The notes: a model not told the origin generated them from the sequence alone. Positions 31,500 to 45,142 are shown, counted from the first letter of the stretch. The stretch is 64,000 nucleotides of DNA from the human T2T-CHM13v2.0 reference genome, Homo sapiens (GCF_009914755.1 NC_060932.1); one strand, 5' to 3'. Made by a program: numbers and translations.

Positions 31500-31760
31500 T
31501 TCCTATCTTCCTTTTTATAGGGAATTTTTCCAGGACATTGAAATCTTTCCTGCTGGTAAATTATACTGCAAATGGACTATGCTTTTTTTTTTTTAATGGT
31601 AATTTTTAAAAATCCTCACATAAAGCCCTTTAATGGTGTATGTAATTGGAACACCCCCTGGTATATCTGTTAGATTTACTTAAGTGCAGCCATTAAAACC
31701 TCAGCTAAAACTTTTATAGCTGAGGACACAATTCAAAGAGATTAAAATCCAGCTAGATTG
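31500..31760 (-). promoter_or_regulatory. GNRH1 proximal promoter: TATAAAAA (31519-12), GTTCCAATTACAT and CATTAA homeodomain/POU-type sites
   Basis: Motifs read directly; similarity to the conserved rodent GnRH promoter block is from memory. Confidence 0.75.
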
Positions 31761-33420
31761 GATTCCCTTGAGGAAACCAGCAGACCTATCAAGAGTTCAA
31801 GGAAAATAGATGTCTTAGATTAAGTGAAGTCAAATGCATACATAACTTCCACAAAGGAGGCTATACAACAAATATAGGACATTGAGTCAGGATGTCTGGG
31901 AGCTTCTGGCTCTTGGATTCTTCATTTGTAAAAGGAAGGGTGTAGACTAGATGGACTAGATGATCACAGAGTTGCTTCCAATTTTAAAAATCTGATTTAC
32001 AAGTAAGTGACACTATATACCAAGTCCATGTAGGATCCTAAATCAGACAGTTGTGTGTTTGAAAATTCCCTCATCTACCCACCAGGTTCCCTGCTTGACT
32101 TACCTTGAAAGCCTTCTAAAGCATCAAAAAGGCAAGAAACATATTCTGAGAGCAAGACCATATTGAGCAGACTTACATCAACAGATCAACTCATTTCAGT
32201 AGATGCTTATTGAGTTAAATATGCAAATCACTCTTAAGGGCAGTGGGAACAGAAAGATGAGAAATTATAGTTATTTAATAAATAGCAAATGTATAAGAGC
32301 ACTCATTACAATAGCCATGCAAAGTGGGTATCATTATCTAAATTTTATAGATGTTCCACCCCAGAGGTGCAACCGTGGACGTGTTATTTACACAGGACAA
32401 GCATGTAAAATACACACACAACCATTACTCTTAATTACATTTATTTGAATACATGGTTGTCTTCCCCTAATTTACCCCTAGGCTGAAACCTGTAATAGTC
32501 AAAGATCCCATCTTATTTAAATCTCTCTTAATAAACCCCCGGCATTTAGTGAGCATTCAGTAAGTATAGGTTTGAATGAATGAATGAACGAATGAATGAA
32601 TAGAAAGCAAAAAGCTTTTAACCAGGTAAGGCCTAATGCTGCCTCTATTTCTGCATCAAAGATATGCTTTATCTGACACAGAATTAAACTTTCATGTATA
32701 ATTGGCTGTAAATCCTGTTATATTAGCTAAGCTGTAAGATGGCTAAAAAAAATAACTGGATATTTGTTCATTTTACAGCTGGGAATGGCAATTTCCCCTC
32801 ATGTAGGATGCTAAACCCATCAGTCATTGCACAGTCTCCTCTGGAATAACTACATTTGCAGGGATTTCAGAGTAAAGAGAAATGGTGTCTTACCTAAGTA
32901 AATTCCCTTGCTTTGTCCAGCCATCTCTGTGGAGGCTGTCCAGTCCTCATGATAGGATAGAGAAGGGAGTACACTTTAAAGTATAACTGCAAATAGAGGA
33001 GAATTTAAAAATAAAATGTAAGTATTTGACTTTGTTCCATTTAAATTATTTCATTTAGACACTTTGACTCATGTAAGTGCCATTCTGACATGAAGAGTGG
33101 AATCTCATCTCACTACAATATGCAAGTAGGGACAGACTGTTTTTCAACCAGAGTTCATTATGGTTGAATAGTGCTAGTTTAAATTGTCCAATTGGTTTGT
33201 GTTTGCTGAGAGATGTGCCTCTAAGTATTGCTTAAGTAGAAAATGTGGTCTCTGGATAGGACTAATGAAATGAGAGTTAAGACTTGTGATGCATATTGTC
33301 AGGTGAATCACTTATCTCTGGGTAGGTAGGCCTCACTGGATTTCTTGTAGGTTATTTCTAACAGTTGGGATTAAATTTTTGAAAAATGTTTTGAAATTAT
33401 TAAGATGAACACAGCAATAT

Positions 33421-33870
33421 TGTATTACTCAGCATTCTCTAGAGGGACAGCATACACACACACACACACACACAAACACACGCACATAGGAGAGTTTATT
33501 AAGTATTAACTCACACGATCCCAAGGTCCCACAGTAGGCCGTCCGCAAGCTGAGGAGCAAGGAAAGCCAGTCTGAGTCCCAAAGCTGAAGAACTTTGAGT
33601 CCAATGTTCGAGGGCAGGAAGCATCCAGCACAGGAGAAGGATGTAGGCTGGGAGGTTAGGCCCATCTAGACTTTTCACGTTTTTCTGCCTGCTTTATATT
33701 TGCTGGCAGCTGATTAGATGGTGCCCACCCAGATTAAGGGTGGGTCTGCCTTCCCCAGCCCACTGACTCAAATGTTAATCTCCTTTGGCGACACCTTTAT
33801 AGACACACCCAGGATCAATACTTTGCATGCTTTGATCCAATCAAATTGATATTCAGTATTAACCATCACA
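33421..33870 (-). mobile_element. MLT2A (ERVL) solo LTR, likely MLT2A1, same orientation as GNRH1
   Basis: - strand TGTGATGGTTAATACTGA...GAGTAATACA termini; internal TATAAAGCAGG and AATAAA; perfect 5-bp TSD AATAT (33416-20, 33871-75). Confidence 0.88.
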
Positions 33871-33989
33871 AATATGGTCTATGAATTCATCCAATATGCT
33901 GTTGTCCTTAAAGTCTCCATTAGCATTGTCTTAGGTCACACAGATCTCAAGGCAAGAGTCAACTTTGTTTTGTCTTACTTTCTATAGCA

Positions 33990-34330
33990 CCAAATAGGTT
34001 ATCAAGCCACTATGCAATTAATGAGTTTTTGATATTGAATGACAAACTTAAAACCATTTAAGGATTCCATGGTTAGGTCAGTTTATCAAAAAGTTAAATA
34101 TAATAAATTGGGTTTAAATAATTGGATTTTATATTTGTCATATTTTTTTCTAAATTTGAAAGAATGGCTTTAGAGAAAAAACTGCTTCATCAACATCAAA
34201 ACACCTCAAAATTATTACAGCGATGATCTCATAATATCACTGAAATGACAGATGAAAAAAATCTTTTCTTGCCCTAATGTAAAATCTCAGCAGGAAGCAC
34301 TTAAGGTTAACTCCTGCTGACATGTCTAAT
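33990..34330 (-). promoter_or_regulatory. Putative orthologue of the GnRH neuron-specific enhancer (rodent E1)
   Basis: - strand CTGCTGAGATTTTACATTAGGGCA resembles the rodent Oct-1 site as recalled; CAATTA cores nearby. Confidence 0.5.
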
Positions 34331-35066
34331 CAGGTTGTAAAAGGGTTTCAGAGAATTAATCCTTGGATAAGGTGCTTTATACTGAAATAATGTAACCACT
34401 TTTCTTTGTAGTAATGAACCTTTTAATTTTAAAGGTAATTCTTCCTTGGGGACTTACTTAGTGCAATTCTAAGTTTTTTCCATATATTAAAGATGATTTA
34501 AAGTTGACATAGGGCAGATTTACAGTACACATAAGAGTCATAAAATGAAATGGAGAAAATATTCCAAGTCTTGATTTATGATTGAACCCTTCATAAGAAT
34601 AATTAATTTACAACATTTTCTACCAGAATTTCCTTGAGACTATAGTTGAAAGAACTAGACTACAATAGATAGTATTGCTTAGTTGAGTACCAAATTTTAT
34701 TAATGCAGATAATCCAGCTAGTTTAATTTTGATTTAAAACCTTTTTCCTGTCATCCCAACAGCTGTATTTTTACCTATGTGTACAGACATGTTTCATCTC
34801 TAGGGTTAATGGAAGTTTTACTATTTTAACGGTTTCTTCCCTCCTTAAAATTCTCTATCCTAGTTATCAGGCAAAAAATGTTTTGGGGCATGCTATTTAT
34901 CCAGTCTAATAAAGCTAACTGGTAATATTCATCACCTAAAGAGTGATGAATTTAACACAAACAAATTAAACGAATTATTGGGGAGGCAGTCTTTTCTTTT
35001 GTTCAGAATTCATAAGGTTTGTGTTGTTAGCATGGTGTATTTTTAAAAGAATGATAAAAATAATCA

Positions 35067-37078
35067 TGTTTAAAGAAATAAATTTACTTTAATGGTACTT
35101 TCAAAAAGACTAATCCATAACAAATTAAGTTATACTGTATTTCCTTTGCTACCCAGAACCACAGGGCTGGTTGTCAACACATATTGAAGAAATGTAAGCA
35201 AAATACAGAAAGTGATGATTTTCAAAAGGAAGAGAAGAAACTCCTTTTCAACAAACACTTTATATCATTTATTAATGCAGTATACATTAGATCTAAAATC
35301 TGCAGTTTCTAAGCACACCATGTTTAGATCTTTCAGATCCTTCTGCAGTTTTAGGTTATTTCTACAGAGGTACCTTTAAGTGAATGAATACCACATTCTG
35401 TAATTCCTGAAAATATAGTACAGAGTGAAATGATTTAAATATAATTTAGGCACATATTGATTATGAAAATAGATTATCTCTCAATACAATACTTCTCTGT
35501 CTTGGTAAAAATAATAAAGCAAAGAAAATAATTCATTTCTGAAGTTGCTTTCCTTCACTTGTAAAGGTCTGATCTCCTCCCACTATGCATATGTACCCTT
35601 TACTGTTAAGGAAAGCTTTGCATATGTAGATATAGAAGAATAAGCTACGTAAATACTAAAGATATGTCATTCTCCCAAAGGAGACACAGGTGGTTTTCAA
35701 TGATTCCTTGCCTCATGTTGATGAGTCTGTAGAATTCAGAACCCATTTGGACACAGCTAATATCCCTGCTCTTGGGGTAGAAAATAAGGACACCAAGTCA
35801 TTGGTAGGGAGGTACAGGCCCTTCCTCTGCTGCTGCAGAGAGAGAATGACTCAAGAAAATTGGGCTAAAATTTGTTTAAAAAAAAAAAACCACAAAAAAA
35901 TAAGTAAAAGAATCACAGGTGCTGACTGATTGATAATTACATCTTGGACCAGCCAAATGCCTTTATTTTTACGTCTATTTTTTTGGTGGCTGTAATCAAA
36001 TGTGTGTTTAAAATTCCTCATTCCCCACTGTAGGGTTCTAGCTGCAATTATATTACATTGCCTTTTAGCAGGCAACTCTACCATATTCACTCATATAAGC
36101 TTTGATTGCAGTAGCTCTGGATTTAGTATCTATTTCTAAGCTGGCCCTATGTAAACTATTTGGTATTTGAATTAAATGAATATTAATGATGCACCTTGGT
36201 TTTTTTGGTTTTGAAGTATCTTCCTATGCTTGTGATGACTGTATGAGAAAACTAGGCTAATAGTGTAAATAGATAGAATTGCTTGATCTGGTGTTGAGTG
36301 GAACTTGCCTAGAATGAAATTCTGAGAAATTCTCATTTGTAAGTGTTGTAGTGATAGGTAAGTTATTCCTCCATCCAGAGTTACACTGTACCTTTGGAAT
36401 GACAGTGATGTACAATGATGTCTTTCTTTCCACTCTGTCTCAATCAGTAAGAACTGGATATTACTTTAATTTAGCTACTGTTCTGTCCTAAAAAGTAAAC
36501 ATTATAAAAATGAACCTGAAAAGAGTCTTAGGGAGTCTGATCTCACCATATTCATACGGTGTGACAGGTATTTAAAGAGGGGAGGCATCACTAAAGCTAT
36601 TTATAAACCTGAACAACCTTTTCCAAGTTTTCATAAAGTTTTAACAATTTAAATATCCATACTGCATCTAGGAATTCAATAAATATAATTGCATATGTTG
36701 TGCTTTCCATAAATTAAAATCCTCAAATGCATCTCAAACCAAGATGGTATTTCCACATCATGCCTATTTAAAAGCAAATATAATAGATACTATGCCTGGT
36801 CATAAAACCAGGTAAACCCCCCTACCCCATTCAAAAGGCAGCAATATCTAGTTTCCCTACATCTATTAAATGAGTGCTTTTCTGTTAAAAATCAGAATAT
36901 GGAAAAAAAGTCAGTTTTTTCCCTTATGCACCACTCAAAACAAGCATAATCCTCTAAATGTTTTTTTTTTAAATTTCCTTACAGTGTTATTTCTTCTAGA
37001 CAACTGAGTGGGTGGAGAAAGAAAAGTGATAAGGAAAACATTTTCATCTTTTACATCTTCCTCCAGCCCCTAAAATTC
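35067..37078 (-). other. KCTD9: KCTD9 3'UTR with several candidate poly(A) signals (3' end approximate)
   Basis: - strand AATAAA at 35967-62 and 35273-68; ATTAAA at 35093-88; apparently repeat-free, AU-rich. Confidence 0.75.
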
Positions 37079-37195
37079 TCATCTGACACTTTGTGACATG
37101 TGTAGTGGTGTCAGCATCTCTTCAAATATAGCTCCCTTCACGTTGGACCCTCTCAGGTTGGCTTCTTGAAGATCACACCCAGACAGATCACAATT
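37079..37195 (-). CDS. KCTD9: KCTD9 exon 12 (last coding exon)
   Basis: tgcag|NCDLSGCDLQEANLRGSNVKGAIFEEMLTPLHMSQSVR-TGA. Confidence 0.95.
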   Translation of the reverse strand, partial: NCDLSGCDLQEANLRGSNVKGAIFEEMLTPLHMSQSVR

Positions 37196-37475
37196 CTGCA
37201 AGATGAAAACAATATTCATGTAATTCATGTGGAAATTTCAGGCCTTATCTATTTCTGCTCAGAATGATTTCTGGGGCAGATTAGGAAAATGTTCTTATAC
37301 AATAAAACTCAGTTAATTTCCGGAAAACTGATGATACACCACCCTAAATTAAGATGTTCTTCTATCTTTATTTGTTACCTCTAGTTCAGGCTGATCACCA
37401 TAAATATGTATAAACAAAGGTTAAAGAGGAAGCATGTCCCTTGTTCTTGCATATTTTATAAGGAGACATTGAAAA

Positions 37476-37995
37476 CAGGGGTCCCCAACCCCTGGGCCAC
37501 AGACTGATACTGGTCCATGGCCTGTTAAGAATCAGGCCACACAGCAGGAGGTCACCAGTAGATGAAGCTTCATCTGTATTTACAGCCAGTCCCTGTATGG
37601 CTCAAGTTACAGCCTGAGCTCCACCTCCTGTCAGATCAGCAGGGGCATTAGATTCGCACAGGAGCGTGAACCCTATTGTGAACTGCACATGTGAGGGATC
37701 TAGGTGGGGTACTCCTCATGAGAATCTAATCCCTGATGATCTGTCACTGTCTCCAACACCCCCAGATGGGACTGTCTAGTTGCAAGAAAACAAACTCAGG
37801 GCTCCCACTGATTCTACATTATGGTGAGTTATATAATTATTTCATTATGTATTACAATGTAATACTAGTAGAAATAAAGTGCACAATAAATGTAACGCGC
37901 TTGAATCATCCCAAAACCAGCCCCCGACTCTGATCTGTGAAAATATTTTCTTCCACAAAACCAGTCCCTGGTGCCAAAAAGGTTGGGGACCACTG
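37476..37995 (+). mobile_element. MER1A DNA transposon
   Basis: CAGGGGTCCCCAACCCC...GGTTGGGGACCACTG; near-matching TSD ATTGAAAA/ATTTAAAA. Confidence 0.88.
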
Positions 37996-38028
37996 ATTTA
38001 AAATACAGAATGGATTCCAACATAATAA

Positions 38029-38436
<408 letters not shown>

Positions 38437-39029
38437 TTAATCTGAAAAGATTTTACTTAATCAAATTGTGTAATAGATTTTTCCATTCCCTAGCCCTAGT
38501 ATTTTTATAGCAAGGAACTGCCCTTCTTTTTAAAGCCCCAAAGGTACGTATATAATACAGTGAGTTTGACAGATGTACACAACAGTGTAACCACCGCAAT
38601 TTGAAGCTATTTCTTAATTTGTCTTGAGATCACGGAGCAATAAGATAGAGATTCCACTTAAGTCCCTGGATATGATAGGGGACAATGGTTAGAGAGAAGG
38701 GTGACTAAACGTAACCTGTTAGGAGAACAAATGTCAGCAGCTCTCCCCTCAATAGTCAACCTGATCAGTCTTTGCAATCAGAGAGAGGGAGGCTTTTGCT
38801 GCTAGGCCACACTGAGTACACAGTACTAAAACCAAGGAAAAAAATATAATCTTAGGTGAAAGTAATGTAACAAACAATAAATAATTGTGCTCGTGATAGG
38901 ATTATACTTAGGCCAATTCTTTTTGCCTTGAAGTTGAAAGGGGCCTGCTACTCTGCTACCGAGAGCTATCAAGATATCTAGGCAAAAATATTATGAAAAA
39001 ACATTAACAGCAAGCTAAATTTTGACATA

Positions 39030-39255
39030 CCGTTCTCTGCTATCCAATTTATACCAGATTTCATAGCTACCAGCCACATGTGGCTACTTAAATTTAAATG
39101 AATTAAAATTAAATAAAATTTAAAAATCAATTTCTCATTTGCACTAGCCAAATCTCAAGCGCTCAATAGCTATATATGGGTGGTAGCTACTATACTGAAC
39201 AGCACAGATATAGAACATGTCCCTCCTGCACAAAGTGCTATTGGATAGTGCTGAT
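39030..39255. mobile_element. MER3-type DNA element
   Basis: AGCCACATGTGGCTACTTAAATTTAAAT palindromic core. Confidence 0.7.
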
Positions 39256-39721
39256 ATAGACCTATCAACAGCTATCAAGTCTGCTAGCTAAACTGGCAAA
39301 TTAAGAAGACATACAAATATAATTCTTTGAAAAAGATGACCAGGCAAAATTATAATCTCAAGCTGAAAACCAAAAAACATATGGTTCCAATTTCAAATAG
39401 ACTTTTCCTGAACCTGATTTCAAACCTGGATATCATTTAAATTTCTCAAGTAGTTTAAGAAGTAATCTAGCCCATTTAATTCTATTCGGAATTAAATTTT
39501 ATGGAAAATGCAATACATTAGATAACACATCTATCAAACTTATTTACTTGAGAAAAACTCAAGGAAAAGGAGAGAAATGAAATCAACTTAGACTGAATGT
39601 CAGATGAGTCTTCCAATCCAGTTTTACCAGCCAACTACTTTGTTTTGATTTCAATAAATTTTGCATGAGATGCTTAGTAAGTCTAGAGTAATAAAAATTC
39701 TTAAAGTGTTGGTGAACTCAC

Positions 39722-39855
39722 CTCTAAATCAGTTCCTGCCAGAGTTGCTCCTCTGAGGTTACAGTTCTTCAACTTTGCATTTTTTAAGGTAGCCACTCTC
39801 AGGTTAATTCCTGTCATCTGACTTCCTTCCATATCCACACCTTTCAGATTAGCAC
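39722..39855 (-). CDS. KCTD9: KCTD9 exon 11; pentapeptide repeats
   Basis: tgtag|(G)ANLKGVDMEGSQMTGINLRVATLKNAKLKNCNLRGATLAGTDLE|gtgagt; 134 nt. Confidence 0.95.
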
Positions 39856-40547
39856 CTACAGTGAACACATTCTGGGAGTAGTTTAACTTAAAAATATAGT
39901 TATCTACCTTCAACAGAACTGCAAGATGACTTAATGGAGGCCTCTTTTAACTTTTGGAAATTAATCTAAAATCTTGTCTCTCAACGAACTTATATATATA
40001 AACAGTTTACTGATGAAAGAATGCTTTCACAATACTTTTGAGGGAAGAAATTTAGTTCTGTCTTATGATAGTTAGCACTTTCATAATATGCCTCTACAGG
40101 TTTATGATAAGGGAGTGAAGTAGTCTCCTAAATATACAAGTAAACAAAGTGATCAGTCACAGATAGTAACAAATTAAGAAACAATACATTAAATCTAAAA
40201 ATGATTTTTAAAAACTCCCTGGCTTTATGCAAATGAAATTTTTCCTTTTGGTCAGTGTAAGAATATTTTATTCCATTTGAAAGTTTAAGATGTTGATATT
40301 TAATTTTCCAACTAAAACCTTATTAAATATTTGAGGTTTTATTTTTTCTGAGTCCTCAATTTTGATTAGCATTTGACTGAAACCAAATGGAGGTTTCTTA
40401 CCACTTTGGAAGTTCTCCAAATATGATGACAGAAGAAACCTATCCCCTACAGCTATCCTGTTTCACCCTTAACAATTATTTTCCAGGGCTTTTTTCCTTT
40501 ACAGTCTGCTTCCTTCGTAGAATAGGTATTTACAGAAAGGATCTCAC

Positions 40548-40653
40548 CTTCTAAATTGGCTTTAAGACCAGAAGGATCCTCAAAATTACACAGTTTCAGG
40601 GATGCTCCTTCTGCATTAGAACAGAGCATCTTGACTCCCTGGAGATTCGCACA
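40548..40653 (-). CDS. KCTD9: KCTD9 exon 10; pentapeptide repeats
   Basis: tgcag|CANLQGVKMLCSNAEGASLKLCNFEDPSGLKANLE(G)|gtgaga; 106 nt. Confidence 0.95.
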
Positions 40654-41311
40654 CTGCAAAGAAAAGAGAAAAGTCCTGGTTGTAAGGTTCATAATTTTGT
40701 TCAAATTAGCTCAAACAGTAAAAGAAAAAAAATAGAAAAGAGGGAAAGGCTCAACTCAAAACACTCATACTCAATTTTATTTTCTGTTTACAATAAAGGC
40801 TTTTCTAATTAAATACAGTAAGAACTGGGAACATTTGAAAGAAAAATTTTTTTAAAGAACTGTTTTTTAAAAAATAAATGCAAATTAACAATAGCATGCT
40901 CATTTTACATGAAACATAACGGTTTAGATAAAGAAGTTGGGTGAGTCAGAACTCTGACACCTCTATCTCTATTTTTATAAACATACCTATGCATGACAAT
41001 GAAACAGTCAAAATGTATGGGTAAGGAAGGCATAGACTTGTTAGGGGTATGGATTTTCTTATTACTGTAGGAATCTTGATGTTCTAAGTGAAATTCTTGA
41101 TATTCTAAGATGCTACTACTGCCCTCAAGTCAGAGGTCAGAATACAAAAGCCAGCATTTAAAGGCATTATTTAGCTAGAAAACACTAACAAGATGCTGGC
41201 TGGGTCTTTCTGCACCAACCATGGCTAAACATTATTAACCCTGAGCAGGCACATCACAATGCATAATGCAGGGCAGAGAGTAAAATGGTAGAAAATATAT
41301 GTTTTAAGACT

Positions 41312-41610
41312 TTATTTTTTTGTTTTGTTTTGTTTGAGACAAAGTCTCACTCCGTCACCCAGGATGGAGTGCAGTGGTGCTGTCTCAGCTCACTGCAATC
41401 TCTGCCTCCCAAGTTCAAGTGATTCTCGTGCCTCAGCCTCCTGAGTAGCTTGAATTACAGGCATGCACCACCACGCCTGGCTAATTTTTGTATTTTTAGT
41501 AGAGACGGGGTTTCGCCATGTTGGCTAAGATGGTCTTGACCTCAAGTGATCTGCCTGCCTCTGCTCCCCAAAGTGCTGGGTTTACAGGCATGATCCACCA
41601 CACGCAGCCA
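41312..41610 (-). mobile_element. AluS
   Basis: Dimeric Alu. Confidence 0.9.
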
Positions 41611-42580
41611 AGAGTTTTAAATTATGTTCATTTATCTCAAAGCGTTTTTGACAAACATCTTTTTTTTTTTGTCCTTAACACAAACAAAGATGCCTCTCGA
41701 CATTTCACTATTTAAAGATTAGGTCCTTCAAACGTTTTTTTGATGTTAGTCTTTTTCCTGTTTTGCTACTAACCTGACCCTTCATGATAAGACAGAATAA
41801 AGGACAGTGAAAGTAACTAAAATGCATATTTGGTAGATTTTGTTACTCGCCCTGATACACAGCTTCATGGAAAAATAAGCTGCAGCTAATGAGTAAAACC
41901 CAAATTAGAGTAATTCAATAAATGACTACCAAAAGCAAGATGGTATTAATTCAAAAGACATACAGACACGGGCCTTGGTGGTAAGGAACTTAAAGTTGTT
42001 AAAAATTAATAGATTTCATTGTTGGTCTGCATATATCCTCTAACTTCAAATAAACACAGATAACTGTTATAAATACATACATATACATATATATAAATAT
42101 ACACATATATGTAGAGAGAGGGAAAACGCCACTGAGATGTTAACTTCCACAAACTGATGCATACCATGTTTATTTCAAAATATCTGTCAAATACTTCTTG
42201 AGCAGTAACATTTTCCCATTCCAGAAATGAGGCTGAATAGATTTCAAGGTTCCTTTCAGCTTTACCTTTACAATTAGCTGAAAATATGAGTCCTGATAAA
42301 TAAAGTACAGTATATTGAGGAGATCAAGAACTAATTCCAAGATTTAATTTCTTATTAGTTACTAAACCTTTCAAGTCTATGTTTAATAAAGGATATCAAA
42401 CCTGTAAAACCAAATTCATTTCACTTTCAGACCTTTAGTCTTATATCAACATAATAAATTATCTGTTTTCAAGTAAAAGCTCCAGTAAAAGATAGTTATA
42501 ATTCCTGTCTCAAAGGCTCTTTGAGACTGTTCAATAGACTAAACATTTAATTTTCTCTTGTAGCCTAAAATGATACTTAC

Positions 42581-42730
42581 GTCAAGCACTGATCCAGAGA
42601 GATCAGCTCGTTCAAGATTTGCACAGCAAAGATTTGCATGTGCAAGATTACAGCGGCTTAAATTGGCCATTTTGAAGTTAATGTATCGAAGGTCCAAACG
42701 AGAAAGATCAGCACCACTGAAGTTCAAACC
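42581..42730 (-). CDS. KCTD9: KCTD9 exon 9; pentapeptide repeats
   Basis: ttcag|GLNFSGADLSRLDLRYINFKMANLSRCNLAHANLCCANLERADLSGSVLD|gtaagt; 150 nt. Confidence 0.95.
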
Positions 42731-43452
42731 CTGAAATAAAAAAGCACAAATTGTCACCATAACTAAATCGTCTGTTTGTATTAAATTTAATTACTATAGC
42801 TAACCACCAAGTTTTTTTTAGAAGCAATTGGCAGTTCAGTCACTTGGAGTTTATTACAGAACATGATAAAATGGAACTTAGATACATAAAAGAAGTGTCC
42901 TTAAATAGGTTCCTCATAAAAGAAACTCTATCAATATATACATTAGAATATAGCCCGGCTATAATTCATTTCTGTGTAGAAGCTTCTAAAGAGGGATCCC
43001 TGTTAGTCCTATACCTGCTAATAAGTATTTAAACCTAATTATATTTAAATTATTTTATTAATTCAGTAATTCAAAACAGTTTATTAGGCAAAAATGAGTA
43101 CTGTGGTCTTTACAATTTGAAATGCTATAGTACACATAAGTAAAGTACCTGCCACTGATCAGCCCATATATTGCAAATGTACAAATACTGACTTTTAAAA
43201 AACTGCTGCAATTTCTATGCATTATTCATAAACTGTTGCATGAGGTATAATTAGACAATTTAAAAAGGCTATTATTGCATCTCTTTTTCGTTAACCATTT
43301 CAGAACTAAATCAATGCTATGACTCATAATTAAATTAGATCTTGCATGTAAAAGAAAAACAAAGCAAGATAATCCCAAAACACTAGAAGAATGTAAAATT
43401 TTATTCATAGATTTGCTGATAGAAATAATTGATGTAAAAGCCTGCTAATTAC

Positions 43453-43548
43453 CTGGCATCGCAGTTCTGACTTGGTTGGAGTTGCTAGCAAAAATCGGAC
43501 AAATTCCTTTCGGGATATTGGTGAATGATCCTCCGGTGGTTGAGAATT
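43453..43548 (-). CDS. KCTD9: KCTD9 exon 8
   Basis: ttaag|NSQPPEDHSPISRKEFVRFLLATPTKSELRCQ|gtaatt; 96 nt. Confidence 0.93.
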
Positions 43549-43635
43549 CTTAAAAAAGACATTAAGAAATTAGTGGAGTCTTTTGGGAGATAGCTACAAT
43601 GAATGTAACACTGGCTAATGTAAAAACAGGCTTAC

Positions 43636-43703
43636 CTTTATTGCCACTTCTAGGTGTTCAATCAATGAGTCAATACCAAAAAATCTTGCTTCTTCTAACA
43701 CAC
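43636..43703 (-). CDS. KCTD9: KCTD9 exon 7; end of BTB domain
   Basis: gatag|(G)VLEEARFFGIDSLIEHLEVAIK|gtaagc; 68 nt; followed by an 87-nt intron. Confidence 0.94.
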
Positions 43704-44531
43704 CTATCAGAACAAAAATAATTCTGAAACAACCTAATTTAGTGAATGTATTACATTCATTTTGAATTTACTAAAATACGATTAGTTCACATAATCTTAA
43801 CATTTAATTGCCTTTTTAAATGGAGCAGATCTGAACAGGTTTGCCACAAGTATCTTTTACATACTGAATCAGAAAATGATAGAAATGAATAAAAGTTTAA
43901 AAAGTACAAAAAAGTCAAAAGTATAATTCAGAAATCTGTCTTATAGGAGAATAAATTTTAAAATATTTGTAAATACTAAAAGAGCTTTCATTTATCATTT
44001 ACTTTAACTTGGTAAAAAAAAATGTACATCCTTTACATGACTTGGTATATTTACTTATTCTAATCTGTTAATAAACATCATCAGAATGTGTGGGAATACA
44101 TTTGGGTTCCATTATCTTTCAAATGAGAAGACCTCAATCAGTTGGCTGTTGACTCAGTAAAAAACTACTTAGAACTCTGGAATTACAAAGAAAGTATCAG
44201 ACATAATCCCTCCCTTCAAACACTTACAAGCTAATAAGGGTAAGTAGATACAGAAAACCAGAAGCAGTTATTTGGGAAGAATAATACAATCTTTTCTGTG
44301 AAGACCAAACTCTATGGTCAACAATCCAATTGTAAAACAAACGTCATCCAAGGTACAGCATCGGGCTACCACTCTGGCATACAGGGTCCACATTTCCCCT
44401 TCAAGAGGCATCCAAAGATTATGCCATTCCGTTCGGATATATATCCCTGGTGGAAACTCAACATATTATAAAAGAGGTTCCTGTGGGCCACGCTCTCAAT
44501 TTGCCAAGGTCTAAGTAAAGCAGAACTCTTA

Positions 44532-45142
<611 letters not shown>

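Noticed and set aside
32574-32601. (GAAT)n runs here and at ~61560
   Set aside because: Typical L2 3' tails; no further signal
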